64,000 nt of DNA from Octopus sinensis (GCF_006345805.1 NC_043005.1:16554001-16618000), one strand, 5' to 3'; positions 1-12,862 are shown, numbered from the stretch's first letter. The notes: a model not told the origin generated them from the sequence alone. Program-made: numbers and translations.

Positions 1-284
1 ATGGTTGTGTTTTGTTTTGCTGTGAAATGACAGACTGAAAAGGGGAGACTAACATTTCAGATAAGCCTTGGTTTTTAAATTTATTTTTTAAAAGATTTAA
101 TAAATTTAACCACCAAATATTGAGTACTTCCAGACCAGCTTTTATTGAGCAGATCAATACCAGGTGATCAGTCTGTGATTATCCCCACCTTAAGTTGAGA
201 CTGTGTGTATAGATTTACATGATCCAACATCTTCTTCCTTTATCATCATAAGCTAAACAACAACAACAACAACAACAGCAGTGT

Positions 285-460
285 AGAAGCACAATGGCCC
301 AGTGGTTAGGGCAGCGGACTCGCGGTCATAAGAACACAGTTTCGATTCCCAGACTGGGCATTGTGAGTGTTTATTGAGCAAAAACACCTAAGCTCCATGA
401 GGCTCCAGCAGGGGGGTGGTGATGACCCCCACTGTACTCTTTCACCACAACTTTCTCTTA
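285..460 (+). mobile_element. tRNA-derived SINE family C, 5' part
   Basis: A box TGGCCCAGTGG and B box GTTTCGATTCC; matches the fuller copy at 5690-6070. Confidence 0.8.
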
Positions 461-1586
461 CTCTTTCCTCCTACTTCTGCCACAAAGCAGAGGAACTATG
501 GTGTAACCCACTATGGTGTGATAACTTTCAGACCCTAGTTTAGATTGCAAATCCTCTGTACCCCAGGATGGTTCAGCTCTCCACCCATTAAAAAGTGACC
601 ATTTACAGAATGAGGATACCAATGTAGCTTTCACGCCCATGCAACCGCCAGTCTATCGCGTGTGGTGGGTGGATCTTCAAGTTGCCACACACATTCTTAG
701 TAGCCTAGAATAGGCTTGAATTATAGATTATTCTTTGTGGCCAATGGTGTGAGTCCTGATTCAAAGAAGAAGAACAACAACAACAGTCAAGTCTTGCTGT
801 CTTGGTTGTTGTTGATTAGCTGCAGGTCAGCCCTGATCAGCCATACCTATGAAAAAAAGCCTTCCAGCCATAGTCATCCCGTCGTTTTGTACATTTACGA
901 ATAAATATTTAATTCATTATCAAAATGATAATTTAATTCATGGAATCCAGTGAATAATTAAGGTAAATAGAGAGCATTTTGAGGTTAGACAGGTACAATT
1001 TCCCACCTCATTCAAGCTCTATGAACGCCATTAAACCCATGTGCCAGGAGTTCAGGTGTGTAGTGCATTAAAAAATAGTGTCAATAAATACAGAAATTAT
1101 TCTGCCTGCATTCAGTGTCTTTACAGAGTGAAGAGTATGTATACAGACGAGTACAATGCATGTGTGGTCGCTTCTAATGATTGAGCTGATTTGCATTTCA
1201 TATGAGTGTATAAACGAGCCATCATCATCATTGTTTAACGTCTGTCTTACATACAGGTATAGGTCGGACAGTTTAACAGGATCCAACAAGCCAAAGGACT
1301 GTGTTAAGTACCAATGGCTGCTTTGGCATGCTTTCTACAGCTGAATGTCCTTGTTAATGCCGACCACCTTACAGGTTGTACTGAGGGCTTTTTTTTTCAT
1401 GGCACAGGCACTAGTGAGGTCACCAAGCAATTCACACGACAAAAAAGTGTGTTGCGAATGTGTGTGCACGTGTAAATGCAACTGTATAAAAAAAGTAATC
1501 CAGTATGCATTCATCATATTGAACATATAGTGTGTGTGTGTGTGTGTGTGTATGTGTGTGTGTAATGTCATTGCATTCGTATGCAT

Positions 1587-2005
1587 CTCTTTTACTCTTT
1601 TACTTGTTTCAGTCATTTGACTGTGGCCATGCTGGAGCACCGCCTTTAGTTGAGCAAATTGACCCCAGGACTTATTCTTTGGAAGCCTAGTATTTATTCT
1701 ATCGGTCTCTTTTTGCTGAACCACTAATTTACGGGGATGTAGACATACCAGCATCAATTGTCAAGCGATGTTGAGGGGGACAAACACAGACACTAAAACA
1801 TATACACACACATACATATATATACATTTATATACATACATACGACAGGCTTCTTTCAGTTTCCGTCTACCAAATCCACTCACAAGGCTTTGGTCGGCCC
1901 GAGGCTATAGTAGAAGACACTTGCCCAAGGTACCACATAGTGGGAATGAACCCGGAACCATGTGGTTGGTAAGCAAGCTACTTACCACACAGCCACTCCT
2001 GTGCC
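1587..2005 (-). mobile_element. SINE family A (tRNA head, CORE-like CCTTGGGCAAGT box, internal TA/CA microsatellite, GTAAAAGA-repeat tail)
   Basis: Near-identical ~400-bp sequence recurs at more than 15 loci in the window; A box TGGCTGTGTGG and B box GGTTCANTCC on the minus strand. Confidence 0.9.
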
Positions 2006-2111
2006 TATGTACAATTTTATTTATTCATTTTATTTATTCATTTATTCCTATAGAAGTATGTGTATATATACACATACACATACAGCTTTTATATATTTAG
2101 CTATAGGTGTA

Positions 2112-2193
<82 letters not shown>

Positions 2194-2948
2194 TTGTAAG
2201 CAAATGCTTTATTGTTTTTAAAATATTCGATAAAATATTGTTCATTTCTAATAAGACTTTCTGGAGGCAATTTACTTTATTAATGCCTACAGCCTACCCT
2301 GAGTATCCTGATGGTACAATATGATTTCAGAAACATTTTGCTACAATTTTCAGCAAGTTGTTTAACCACATCATATGCCCTAGATATTGTATGACAGAGA
2401 TGAGAATTCAAGCTGAGTGAGATGTACTGCAGCATTTCCTTCTTCCATAAAAGTTATGAAACAGATTTCATAAATTTAGTTACTATAAGTATATTAACAT
2501 TTTATCTTTTATAGTTTTTACATAATATTGATTTATCTCATAATAGTCGCAAATCAAAGGTTGCAATATCAGGAGAAAATATAGTGGAGTGCTTAGTGAA
2601 TGTAAACACTGCCACATAGCTGGGTAGGGAAAAGAAGTCGGTAAGTAGTACCACCATAATTCTACAAAGTAGAATAGCAATAGACTAACATTTGACGAGT
2701 TTTATATTGGTAAAAGATGTAAAAATTGAAAAAAAAAAAAAACTCAAAACACCAATAAATTGCAGCTTTCAAACAAACATTCCCTGCAGTGTTTGTTCTG
2801 CCTGATTTGGATAGGCACTCCCTTGACACTCTCAGCATTAAAAAGGTAGTGTGCAATGTACCAGTGGAAACATGTAATCAACAATGTCCCAATTCACAAA
2901 TTTGACATACATTTCAAAAAGTAAAATACGATGAAACATCTTCAATGA

Positions 2949-3034
2949 ACGCCATATGCCCATGGGCATATGGCGTAATGGTTAAGAGCGCAGGTTACTA
3001 ACCCCAAGATACTGCGTTCGATTCAAAGCAGTGA

Positions 3035-3073
<39 letters not shown>
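2949..3073 (+). mobile_element. tRNA-Thr-like SINE head plus (AAT)n (HHR-SINE family, tail missing)
   Basis: Matches the heads at 6596-6660 and 24545-24625; preceded by a 28-bp perfect palindrome. Confidence 0.8.
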
Positions 3074-3075
<2 letters not shown>

Positions 3076-3224
3076 GGCTTCTTTCAGGTACTGTCTACCC
3101 CAAATTTACTCACATGGTTTTGGTTGGCCCAGAGCTATAGTAGAAGATTCTTGCCCAAGATGCCATACTAAGGAGCTGAACCTGAAACCATATTGTTGGG
3201 AAGCATATTTCCTAACCACACAGT

Positions 3225-3273
<49 letters not shown>

Positions 3274-3279
3274 GCATAC

Positions 3280-3312
<33 letters not shown>

Positions 3313-3353
3313 CATACATACATACATACATACATACATAATATATATATATA

Positions 3354-3386
<33 letters not shown>

Positions 3387-3622
3387 CATACATATATACA
3401 TACATATATATATACATACATACATATATATATACATACATACATATATATATATACATACATACATATATATATACATACATACTATATATATACATAC
3501 ATACATATATATATATACATACATACATATATATATACATACATACATATATATATATACATACATACATATATATATATACATACATACATATATATAT
3601 ATACATACATACATATATATAT

Positions 3623-3660
<38 letters not shown>
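3225..3660. repeat. Compound (TG)n/(TA)n/(TACA)n microsatellite
   Basis: Direct reading; explains the Y/I/H/T and C/M/Y/V ORFs here. Confidence 0.97.
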
Positions 3661-3661
<1 letters not shown>

Positions 3662-4493
3662 CTTTATTTAAAGCAGCAGAAAATTCAACAAAACCTGTTA
3701 CTCAGAGTAACAGGTTTTGTTGAATTTTCTGCTGCTTTGAATAAAGCATATTACTTTACCACTGGTATTTGAGTACTCTTTTTTCCACCTTGTTTCACAT
3801 TTATGTGTTTACTCCGGTATATATATATATATATATATATATACATACATACATACATACATATATTAGGGATGTGCCACCTGGGTAGGCAAGGTAGACA
3901 GTGCCTACCCTGAATAAAATAGATTGATAGAAATATTTTCCTTTTATGGCAAAATATGCACCTGATTCAATAAAATTATGAGGGTTACTCTGATTACTAT
4001 ACATAAAATACAAAATATTTTATTTTTTTGATGATTAGGTAGGCATAATTCGCTCCTACTTTCCAATCTCAGTATTAAATCTACACATAGAACTGCTGTA
4101 GTACACATGCTGCATACATTCCTACAACATTTTCTGTACGTACTATAAAGGCAGAAGTAAACCTGCCTCCAGCTCAGGTGCACACCTGTGTTTCGCTTAA
4201 TTGTTTTGTGCGTTTTACTACATAAACATCACCAAGTGCCTACTCTGAGTAATTACTCATGGCACGTGCCTCATATATAAATATATATATACATACTGGA
4301 TTTACTCCCTAATATTATTCATCATCATCATCATCATCATCGTGGAAAGCGGACGTTAAACGATGAGGATGATGATGATGAATAATAATATTAGGGAGTA
4401 AATCCAAACTTACAGGAAAAAATTAGATTTAGGATTAAATCTAATTTTACAGTATAAATATATTGATTTGCCTAATAGTGGTTTTATCTCTAA

Positions 4494-4888
4494 CAAGCAG
4501 TATCGCCCGGCGTTACTCAGGTTTGTAAGGGAAATAACTATATAAGCATTTTTAGAGAGTTATAGCCAAAAATTAGCAAAAAATGCATTAAAAATGGAAA
4601 AAAATTATGGTAAATTTTTTTTTAAATCATTGACTCATCGTAGACATTTTTAGAGAGTTACTTCCCTTATATAATAGCGAAAAAATGCATTAAAATGGAA
4701 AAAAATGATGGTAAATTTTTTTTAAATCATAGACTCATCGTAGACGTGCGCTAATACCCAGAAGGGCTCGATATGAATCACGACTATAAGATACCCGGTT
4801 TTGGTTAAACTGCACCGCAAAATGTGGGAGTAGTTAGGAATCTAAATCGTAGGAGACAGACACACAACTTGACTTTTATATATAAAGA
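4494..4888 (-). mobile_element. Non-autonomous Helitron-like element
   Basis: Minus strand begins A|TCTTTATATATAAAAG and ends with a CCTGAGTAACGCCGGG hairpin plus GATACTG-CTTG|T (CTAG variant); internal ~99-bp tandem duplication at 4548-4746. Confidence 0.65.
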
Positions 4889-5689
4889 TTTAACATATAT
4901 ATATACATATATATATTTTCTTTTTCTATCTAGTTTCAGCTCACGAGCTGTGGCCATGCTGGGGCACCGCCATTTGGTACAGTATAAGGATGAAAGGCAA
5001 AATTGATTTCTTATATATATATATAAGAACAGAAGGAAGAGTATTCAAATTGCTAGGTAATCCTTTCTACTGCTAAGTATGAATTAGGAATGGTCAAAGT
5101 TGGCTAAAATTACTTCATAATGGTTCAAAATGCTGTGTTTGAAATCATATTTATTCCTGACCAATGATTGTCCTTCAGAATATTTGCCACCAAATAAATA
5201 GAACAGAACAAACAAACAACTACTCAATTATGAAAGGTGTCTGTGTGCATATTTAAGTAACTATGCAATTAAATGTAGATCATGTTGCTGTTTAGCCTAA
5301 AACCAACCACATGACTCTAGAAATATTTTCAAAAGAAGTTTTAAGATTAAGCATTTGTAAAACTCATAAATTTCTGAGTCAGCACTGGTGAATCTGTAAA
5401 TACAAATAAATCTCCACTCCCATTATCAATAAAAGTGTTTAAATCTTTGTCATGGAAAGGATATGGCTGAAACTATTTCCAGTTATACTGAAAACAAAAA
5501 CTGGTACTTTATTTAACTGACTCTGAAAGGATAAAAGCCAAAGCTGACCTCAGCAGGATTTGAACTCAGAGCGCTCAAAGATGTAACTAAATGATGCAAA
5601 GCATTTTGTTCAATACTCCAATAATTTTGCCAGTCCACCACCCTAATTTCCTAAAGACAAACTAATACTTCTATTATATTGGTGTTAGT

Positions 5690-6070
5690 GGAGGCGCAAT
5701 GGCCCAGTGGTTAGAGCAGCAGACTCACAGTCGTAGGATCGCGGTTTCAATTCCCAGACCGGGCGTTATGAGTGTTTATTGAGCGAAAACACTTAAAGCT
5801 CCACGAGGCTCCGGCAGGGGATGGTGGTGATCCCTGCTGTACTCTTTCACCACAACTTTCTCTCACTCTTACTTCCTGTTTCTGTTGTACCTGTATTTCA
5901 AAGGGCCGGCCTTGTCACTCTCTGTGTCACGCTGAATATCCCCGAGAACTGCGTTAAGGGTACACATGTCTGTGGAGTGCTCAGCCACTTACACGTTAAT
6001 TTCACGAGAAGGCTGTTCCATTGATCGGATCAACCGGAACCCTCGTCGTCGTAACCGACAGAGTGCTTCC
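5690..6070 (+). mobile_element. tRNA-derived SINE family C, near full length
   Basis: tRNA-like head GGAGGCGCAATGGCCCAGTGGTTAG...GTTTCAATTCC; body shared with 27462-27775. Confidence 0.85.
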
Positions 6071-6296
6071 AAATATTGGTGTTATGGCTGTGGTTACATG
6101 CTAGCATTGTCGTCATCCTCATTTAATGCCCATGTTCCATGCTGGCATGGGTTGGACAGTTTGACAAGCTCAGTTGGGTATGAAAATTGCATTGTTGCTC
6201 TGTGCAATAAGCTGATGAAAGAACTTCAACATGCTAGAAACAGCACAAAAATTACACTGTACCAAAAAAAAAAGGAAGGACATTAAATAATGTACA

Positions 6297-6500
6297 GTTC
6301 TATATTTAAGAGATGAGGAATTATTTACATTACTTACCTTATTTACATTTGACAGATATTTGTCCTCATCTTGTTTGTTGTTAACACAATGTTTCAGCTG
6401 ATATACCCTCCAGCCTCCATCAGGTGTCTTGGGGAAATTTTGAACCTGGGTTCTCATTCTCAAGGTATTTTTCAATGTTGTTATTATTATTATTATTATC

Positions 6501-6531
<31 letters not shown>

Positions 6532-6595
6532 TCACTGCCTGGAATCGAACTCAGAATCTTGGGGTTAGTAGCTCATGCTCTCAACCACTACGCCA
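6297..6595 (-). mobile_element. HHR-SINE: tRNA-Thr-like head, (AAT)n, Penelope-type tail with hammerhead motif
   Basis: Reverse complement of 6596-6862; tail matches 49094-49237. Confidence 0.8.
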
Positions 6596-6673
6596 TGGCG
6601 TAGTGGTTGAGAGCCCGGGCTACTAACGCCGAGATTCCAAGTTCAATTCCAGACAGTGACCTGAATAATAATG

Positions 6674-6724
<51 letters not shown>

Positions 6725-6862
6725 TCGAAAAATACCTTGAGAATGAGAACCCAGGTTCAAAATTTCCCCAAGACACCTGATGGAGGCTGGTGGGGGGTAT
6801 ATCAGCCGAAACGTTGTGTTAACAACAAATATCCGTTGAATGTAAATAATGTAAATAATGTA
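6596..6862 (+). mobile_element. HHR-SINE, second arm of a head-to-head pair
   Basis: TGGCGTAGTGGTTGAGAGC A box, GTTCAATTCC B box, (AAT)n, then ACAC-CTGATGGA-GGCTG..CAGCC-GAAACGTT-GTGT. Confidence 0.8.
6772..6820 (+). ncRNA. Minimal type I hammerhead motif (Penelope-type), core variant CUGAUGGA
   Basis: Stem I GACAC/GTGTT, stem II GGCTG/CAGCC, GAAA, palindromic ACGT stem III, GUU triplet. Confidence 0.6.
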
Positions 6863-7229
6863 GTTATAGATACATAATGTCTTCATTTTCTTTCTGCCCA
6901 TGATTTTCTGAAATCATTAACTTGCAGACTATTCAAGATGAGCATTAACGATGTTGTTGATCTCACTAGTCTCAGAAACATTGAAAAAGACCATAAACAG
7001 TTCTTCTTTTCAAACCAAAACATAATGAAAAATGCATTTAAAAAAATAACAGAATGCTTAACCAGAGCTGAGCATGAGACAAAATAATGAATATTGCACT
7101 ATAAACCAAATAATTCTGCAAACTTGAAATAAAGGCACCACAGGATCTAAATACTTTTATAATCTGCTTAATTATTGTCACAAACTCTCTTCCAGAAAAC
7201 CTCCTTTCTATTATTATCTTTAAAATGGG

Positions 7230-7273
<44 letters not shown>

Positions 7274-8294
7274 ACACTCATTGTTCCTTCTCCTCCCACT
7301 CACAGCTGTTATCTTTATGTGACCAAGACACATAATACTAACCCTGAACTGTTTTCATAAACAAACGCTGCAAAAATAACCTTTAATAGGGACATGACAA
7401 TCTCTATTTCTTCATCCTCATTTAACACCCATGTTCCATCCTGGCATGGGTTGAACAGTTTGACAGGATTTAAAAGGGCCAAAAGTTGTATCATGTTTCA
7501 AAATCTGCTTTGGCATGGTTCCTACGACTGGATACCCTGCATGGTATTTGAACTTAAAATCCATGGACCAACAATGTAATATTTTACCTGATTTACATGT
7601 CATCTTAGCTAAAATTTCAGGCCTTGTGCCTATAGTAGAAAGGATTGTTATTATTGTCACTATCACCCCTGGGTCAGTGGATTGGTTTGTGCCAAATTGT
7701 TAAAAAATAAAGTTTTAATTCCCATTTATAGAGTAAGAAATAGATTATTTTGTTATAATGCCAGAATAATATGAAAGAGACATTGCCCATGAGAGACATC
7801 AACTGTGATTTCTTTGGCACAAAGTCACAAATTTGGTAGGGGATAGAAATAATCAATTATATTCTTCCTTCCCTGCTGTTGTTTACTGGTACTTTATCAT
7901 TATCAAACCCTGCAAAATGAAAAACAAAATGGACCCAAGCAGGGATCGAATACTAAGCATAAAGGAATCTGACTAAATACCACATTACTGACCAAATCTG
8001 CTCATCATCATCATCATCAACAATCCCTGGACATTACTGTCTCGAATCCTAGGCTGGTCACCTGGTTTCCATGGCATATAAATCACAACATTACCTCTGA
8101 GTGAGACACCAGTCCATCATAAACTCATTTATTTGTAGCTGAATGGACTGGAACAGTGTGATATGAACTGCTTTGCTCAAGAACACAACACACTTCCTAG
8201 TTCAAGAATCGAACCCATGACCTTGCAATCATGAATGCAACATCCTAACCACTATCCATGTGCCTTCACAACTCTGCTAACCCACCATCCTCAG

Positions 8295-8497
8295 CCCTTT
8301 CGATACCAACCTGGCTGAAACTGCCTCTGGCTCTGTACTACAAATGTCTTATTTTCGTAAGTTCTGAATCAAAATCTTCTACCAAACTTTAGTCACAATT
8401 TATGTTCCTAACATTAGCTTACTAAATTCTTTCTTATATTTAAAAATTAATTGAAAGAGACACAGAGCATCTCAAAATAAAGACAGTAATGAAAGGG
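8295..8497. mobile_element. piggyBac-like MITE, subfamily 2
   Basis: CCCTTTC...GAAAGGG termini, TTAA on the right; homologous to 20486-20706 and 57009-57229. Confidence 0.7.
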
Positions 8498-8518
8498 TTA
8501 AACTAACTGGCCCTAGTC

Positions 8519-8864
8519 TTGGGTTGTCTGGAAAGTTTGTGCCAATTTATAGTAGTTTTCTCTTCTTGTCTTGAGACAGCATTCACCCAGGGTGGGTTGA
8601 ACTGGCTAGATTCATCCTCTCTGCAGAATAGTCTTAATGGTAAAAATTTTAATTCCTTGGATGATGTAAAAAGATACCTTGATGAATTCTTTGTCATGAA
8701 ACGACCTCAATTCTAGGAAGAGGGTATTTTCAAGTTAAAGGAAAGATGGAGACGCATTGTGCAACAAAATGGTTCATATTTGGTTGATTAAAAATGTAAT
8801 GGCAGGTATTTATTGACCTTTTTCTTTCCTTTAAAAATCGGCACAAACTTTCCGGAAAACCCAA
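8519..8864 (+). mobile_element. Internally deleted mariner (Tc1/mariner) element with transposase C-terminal remnant
   Basis: ~30-bp TIRs TTGGGTTGTCTGGAAAGTTTGTGCCAATTT / AAATCGGCACAAACTTTCCGGAAAACCCAA; translates SLQNSLNGKNFNSLDDVKRYLDEFF...F*EEGIFKLKERWRRIVQQNGSY. Confidence 0.9.
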
Positions 8865-10225
8865 TATAAGAGTGGTCTGAGCACTCTCCGACTTATTGCT
8901 TTTCTATTTGTACTATAACGCTAACCTTTATGAAGTACAAAAACCTTAGCCTTCTTTTTTAGTCACCTATTATCCGCACAGTCAATTAACCTCAATATCA
9001 TTCATACACAAAAGGTAACTATTTAGGTTCTAAATTAGCCTGTGTTCACTTTCTTTAACTTCATTCCTAAGATACACATTAGAATCAACAACACCCAGAA
9101 GTAATATAGAAAAAGACAAATTAGTTTACATAGTTATTATACAGATTAAATACATTTAAATCTTGTGATTAGTATTATGATGGAAAAACACAAATGTATA
9201 CACACAGAAATATGTACTGGCAGGAAATTAAAACCTGGTAAGGTAAACAGAGAGAGTAACTAACAAAACAGGCCTTACAAGATTTCAAAGAAGTTGTACA
9301 GCCTAAGGGCTTATAATATAACAAAACAAAAAAAAAGAGAAAATGGCTTCTTGGTGTGGATAGAGACAGAGAGAGAGAGAGAGGAGAGTGGTAAGAGAGG
9401 ACGAAATAAGAGAGAAAGGCCAGAGAGAAAGAGAGGAGAGTGGAGACGGGTTTTCGGGGTTTGTAAAAACACAACAAAGTATTTTTAAGGGAGAATGCAA
9501 AACTTGTTTTGCAACATTTTGTACCCCCGAAATGATAGAATTATTAAAAGAAAAGATTTAGAGGAGAGGTTTTTAAGAAAAACAAACATACCATAACTAT
9601 GGCGTACGTCTTTGTATCGAATAATGTTTTAGTTTACAAAGAGAGAAGTAAAATAGCCAAGCGGGTAGAGTTTTAGGTGGATAGCTCAAAGGTTAGAAGT
9701 TCTAAGACACTGCAGGCATTGTGTGTTGTGTTTCTAAGCAGTACACTACATTATAAATTGCTTCAAATCACCCACGTGTTTGTTAGAGAGGAAGACATAC
9801 GTACAAAACTAAGTTTTGGCTTGCTTCTTCAAGTCTCTATCCACCCTCAAGCTGGAAATTTCCTGCCAGACTATTCTATAGCAGCAACAGAACATTTGAC
9901 AACTCACATTCTATCACATCTAGTATGCTTACTTATACGGCTTCTTCTGTGCAATGCTAAAATAATGACCTACTTGCTATTACTTCTAATCACACAAAAC
10001 AAGAAGCCATTTTGTTTTTCTTCAATATTAGCCATTTAACTATAATCAAATGAAGCTTGGTAATATTTGTTTTGTCAGTTGCCTTCAGTTTACTCCAAAC
10101 AAATTTCTTTATTCTTCAAATTTCCACGCATGGATGTCATCTACAAGTAACCTACACACTTCCAACCAAACATAAAGAGAGACCTCGAAAACAACATATA
10201 ACAGGATTCGTGGCCATTTACCAGA

Positions 10226-10545
10226 CTCGTCTAGCACCACCATCTGTTCGTGGCCGTTGCCAGCCTTGCTTGGCCCCGTGCCGGTGGCACGTAAAAGGCA
10301 CCATCCGTCCATGGCCGTTTGCCAGCTCCGTCTGGCACCTGTGCGGGTGGCACATAAAAAGCACCCACTACACTCATGGAGTGGTTGGCATTTGGAAGGG
10401 CATCCAGCCGTAGAAACACTGCCAGATCAGACTGGGCCTGATGCAGCCTTCTGGCTTCACAGACCCCAGTTGAACCGTCCAACCCATGCTAGCATGGAAA
10501 GCGGACACTAAATGATTATGATGATGATGATGATGATGATGACAA
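10226..10545 (+). mobile_element. SINE/LINE-tail family E ending CATGCTAGCATGGAAAGCGGAC..(GAT)n
   Basis: Homologous copies at 25935-26110, 28063-28311, 42205-42510 (-), 50288-50410, 57945-58122; internal ~50-bp GGCACGTAAAAAGCACC repeats. Confidence 0.8.
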
Positions 10546-10625
10546 CCTCATCTTCTTCAGTAAAACAATGATATAATTGACTACACATCACAAACATAGT
10601 TTTGTACAATACCCTATCTATCTAT

Positions 10626-10900
10626 CTATCCGCCCATTTGAAGTCGACTCTCGGTAACTCGTTGGATCAGTGTCCTCCAGTCAGTTCTATCCTGGGCCGC
10701 TTCTTTCAGATTGGCTATGTCCATTCCGGTATCACTCTTGATGGTGTCAAGCCAGCGGGTTCTTGGTCAGCCTCTTCCTCTCTTGCCACTGACCATTCCG
10801 AGCATGATGTCCTTCTCTAGGGATTTTCTCTGCATAATATGACCGAAATATGCCAATCTATGCTTGGTAATCCTAGCTTCTAGTGACATTTTCGGCCTGA
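10626..10900 (-). pseudogene. RTE/BovB-like LINE ORF C-terminus remnant
   Basis: Minus translation SLEARITKHRLAYFGHIMQRKSLEKDIMLGMVSGKRGRG*PRTRWLDTIKSDTGMDIANLKEAAQDRTDWRTLIQRVTESR, followed by an (ATAG)n tail. Confidence 0.9.
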
Positions 10901-10984
10901 TCTAGGGTTGCTCAAAGTTGCTCAAATACTAGGCCTCATAATCTCTAATGCTTCCTCAGGATAACCTCACATTACTAATCTATT

Positions 10985-11150
10985 GAAGCTATTTGCTCCC
11001 TACAGAACATTAGCCGTCAACAACTTCTCTCCACTGTCCTTGACTCTGGACTGTCACCTCTGCTTCTCTCCAGCTGGATCCTGGCTTTTTCATCTTTGCC
11101 GCAGTATGTCACCTCTAGCAATATTTTGGGATTCATATGTTTCCCTAAGG
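10985..11150 (-). pseudogene. Second RTE-clade LINE C-terminus remnant
   Basis: Minus translation KKPGSSWREAEVTVQSQGQWREVVDG*CSVGSK*, which resembles RTE WR..VDGLCS termini. Confidence 0.6.
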
Positions 11151-11582
11151 AAAAGTTTCCCTCTCCCAGGTCCTGTTGATTTTGAACTGTCATCTGTAAC
11201 TTTGCCTTTTTTTCTAAGCAGAAGTGTTAGCCCTATACAAACCCCTTTTTACCTTTGGAAGGAGATGATCACTATTTGACCTGTTCAGCATAGGAAGCCA
11301 TTCCAGGAGTCATGTTCCACTGGCACAGTTCTTAGGGTCATTGAGGCACACAAGCCACCATACCATAACAAGAACTGGACATCTTGTGGTGGCCACATTG
11401 TTAATCTTCATTACAGAGACTAAGAAACTTTGCTATATCCAGAAAGTAGTTTGCCTCTGATCAGTAGCTGCTTACCCACTAAAAAGCTCATGTCTGATAC
11501 ACAGAAGCATTGCTTATAAATATGGGACAGTGCTGTCACTGCAAAACACACACTAACACAACAAATCTCTAAGACTACATTT

Positions 11583-11804
11583 AGCCTTTTAGCATTCAAA
11601 CCAGCCATATCCAGCCAAAACTATTCTACCTAATTTATGTTCAAAACAGCCAGATCCAGCCTCTCACACTACCCTACAATGTCATTCTACGAATAAACAA
11701 TCATACCATCGGAATCTTGAATCTATGAAATAATGCATGATTAATTCAAAACAAAGTGAATAAATAAGCATTACATTTGATGGAGCAATTTGAATGCTAA
11801 AGGG
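11583..11804. mobile_element. piggyBac-like MITE, subfamily 1 (degenerate)
   Basis: Reverse-complement homology to 33669-33853 and 47901-48119. Confidence 0.65.
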
Positions 11805-11812
11805 TTTACATA

Positions 11813-12200
11813 GGTGCAGGAGTGGCTGTGTGGTAAGTAGCTTGCTTACCAACCACATGGTTCGGGTTCAGTCCCACTGCATGGCATCTTGGGCAAGTGT
11901 CTTCTACTAAAGCCTCGGGCCGACCAAAGCCTTGTGAGTGGATTTGGTAGACGGAAACTGAAAGAAGACTGTCATATATATGTGTGTGTGTGCATGTGTT
12001 TGTGCCCCCAGCATCACTTGACAACTGATGCTGGTGTGTTTACGTTCCCGTAACTTAGCTGTTCAGCAAAAGAGACCGATAGAATAAGTACTAGGCTTAT
12101 AAAGAATAAGTCCTGGGGTTGATTTGCTCAACTAAATGCAGTGCTCCAGCATGGCCGCAGTCAAATGACTGAAACAAGTAAAAGATAAAAGAATAAAAGA
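11813..12200 (+). mobile_element. SINE family A
   Basis: Full head GGTGCAGGAGTGGCTGTGTGG through the AAAAGA-repeat tail. Confidence 0.9.
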
Positions 12201-12862
12201 GTGCAACCATAGCTCAGATACATTGTTTCTTCTCTTTCTCTTCCCTGATATTACAACAGCCTATAGTCTGTACTACCAAGTCACATGTCACTTCTGACCC
12301 AACCGATTGAAAGCATTTGTTCTCGCTAGTCTGGGGTTGACTGGACTAAGCAGAGTCATAGCTTTTTGTAGGCAGTTTACTTAGTAACCATGTAGTTTGG
12401 TGTTCCATCTCACAATGTGGTACCTCAGGCAAGTATCTTCAAACCATAGCCTCTTGCAGACCAATGCTTTATGTGTGAAACAGGGAGACAGAAACTGTAA
12501 GGGAACTGTGTATGTGAGAGAGCGAGAGAGAGAATGCGTCCTTCCAGCATTCTATGACTGGTGGTGATGTCATATTTACATCTCTTGTAAGCATCCAGTT
12601 ACTCAGCAGTTTCAATGAGTGAACACCAGAGGAATACAAATGTCTTACTTGTAAAACAGATAAAGGTGGGTGACAGGAAGAGCTTCGGCCCACAGAATTA
12701 CTGACTTAACCCATATATGCCCATTAAAAAAATGAAGTCTTAAAATTTCTCTGTATTTAGATTAAACATTATGGTAAGCTTTCACAATCTGGAAGAGAAG
12801 GACAGTATGCAACTGTTAGCTACGGGTGTCGACTATCTATTGAATATTTCATATGTTCAGTC

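Noticed and set aside
3074-3772. 232-aa ORF and overlapping ORFs (also 32822, 36895, 43778, 53230)
   Set aside because: Translations of TA/CA/GA microsatellites and SINE pieces; no protein-like content
5690-5770. tRNA genes (also 6596, 25577, 11813)
   Set aside because: Acceptor and anticodon stems do not pair properly and each continues into a repeat body; these are SINE heads
8062-8078. X-box-like GTTTCCATGGCAT
   Set aside because: Lies in the tail of the Meta-like SINE and recurs with it
9677-10039. 120-aa ORF in unique sequence
   Set aside because: GTG start, no motif, no splice support; length compatible with chance
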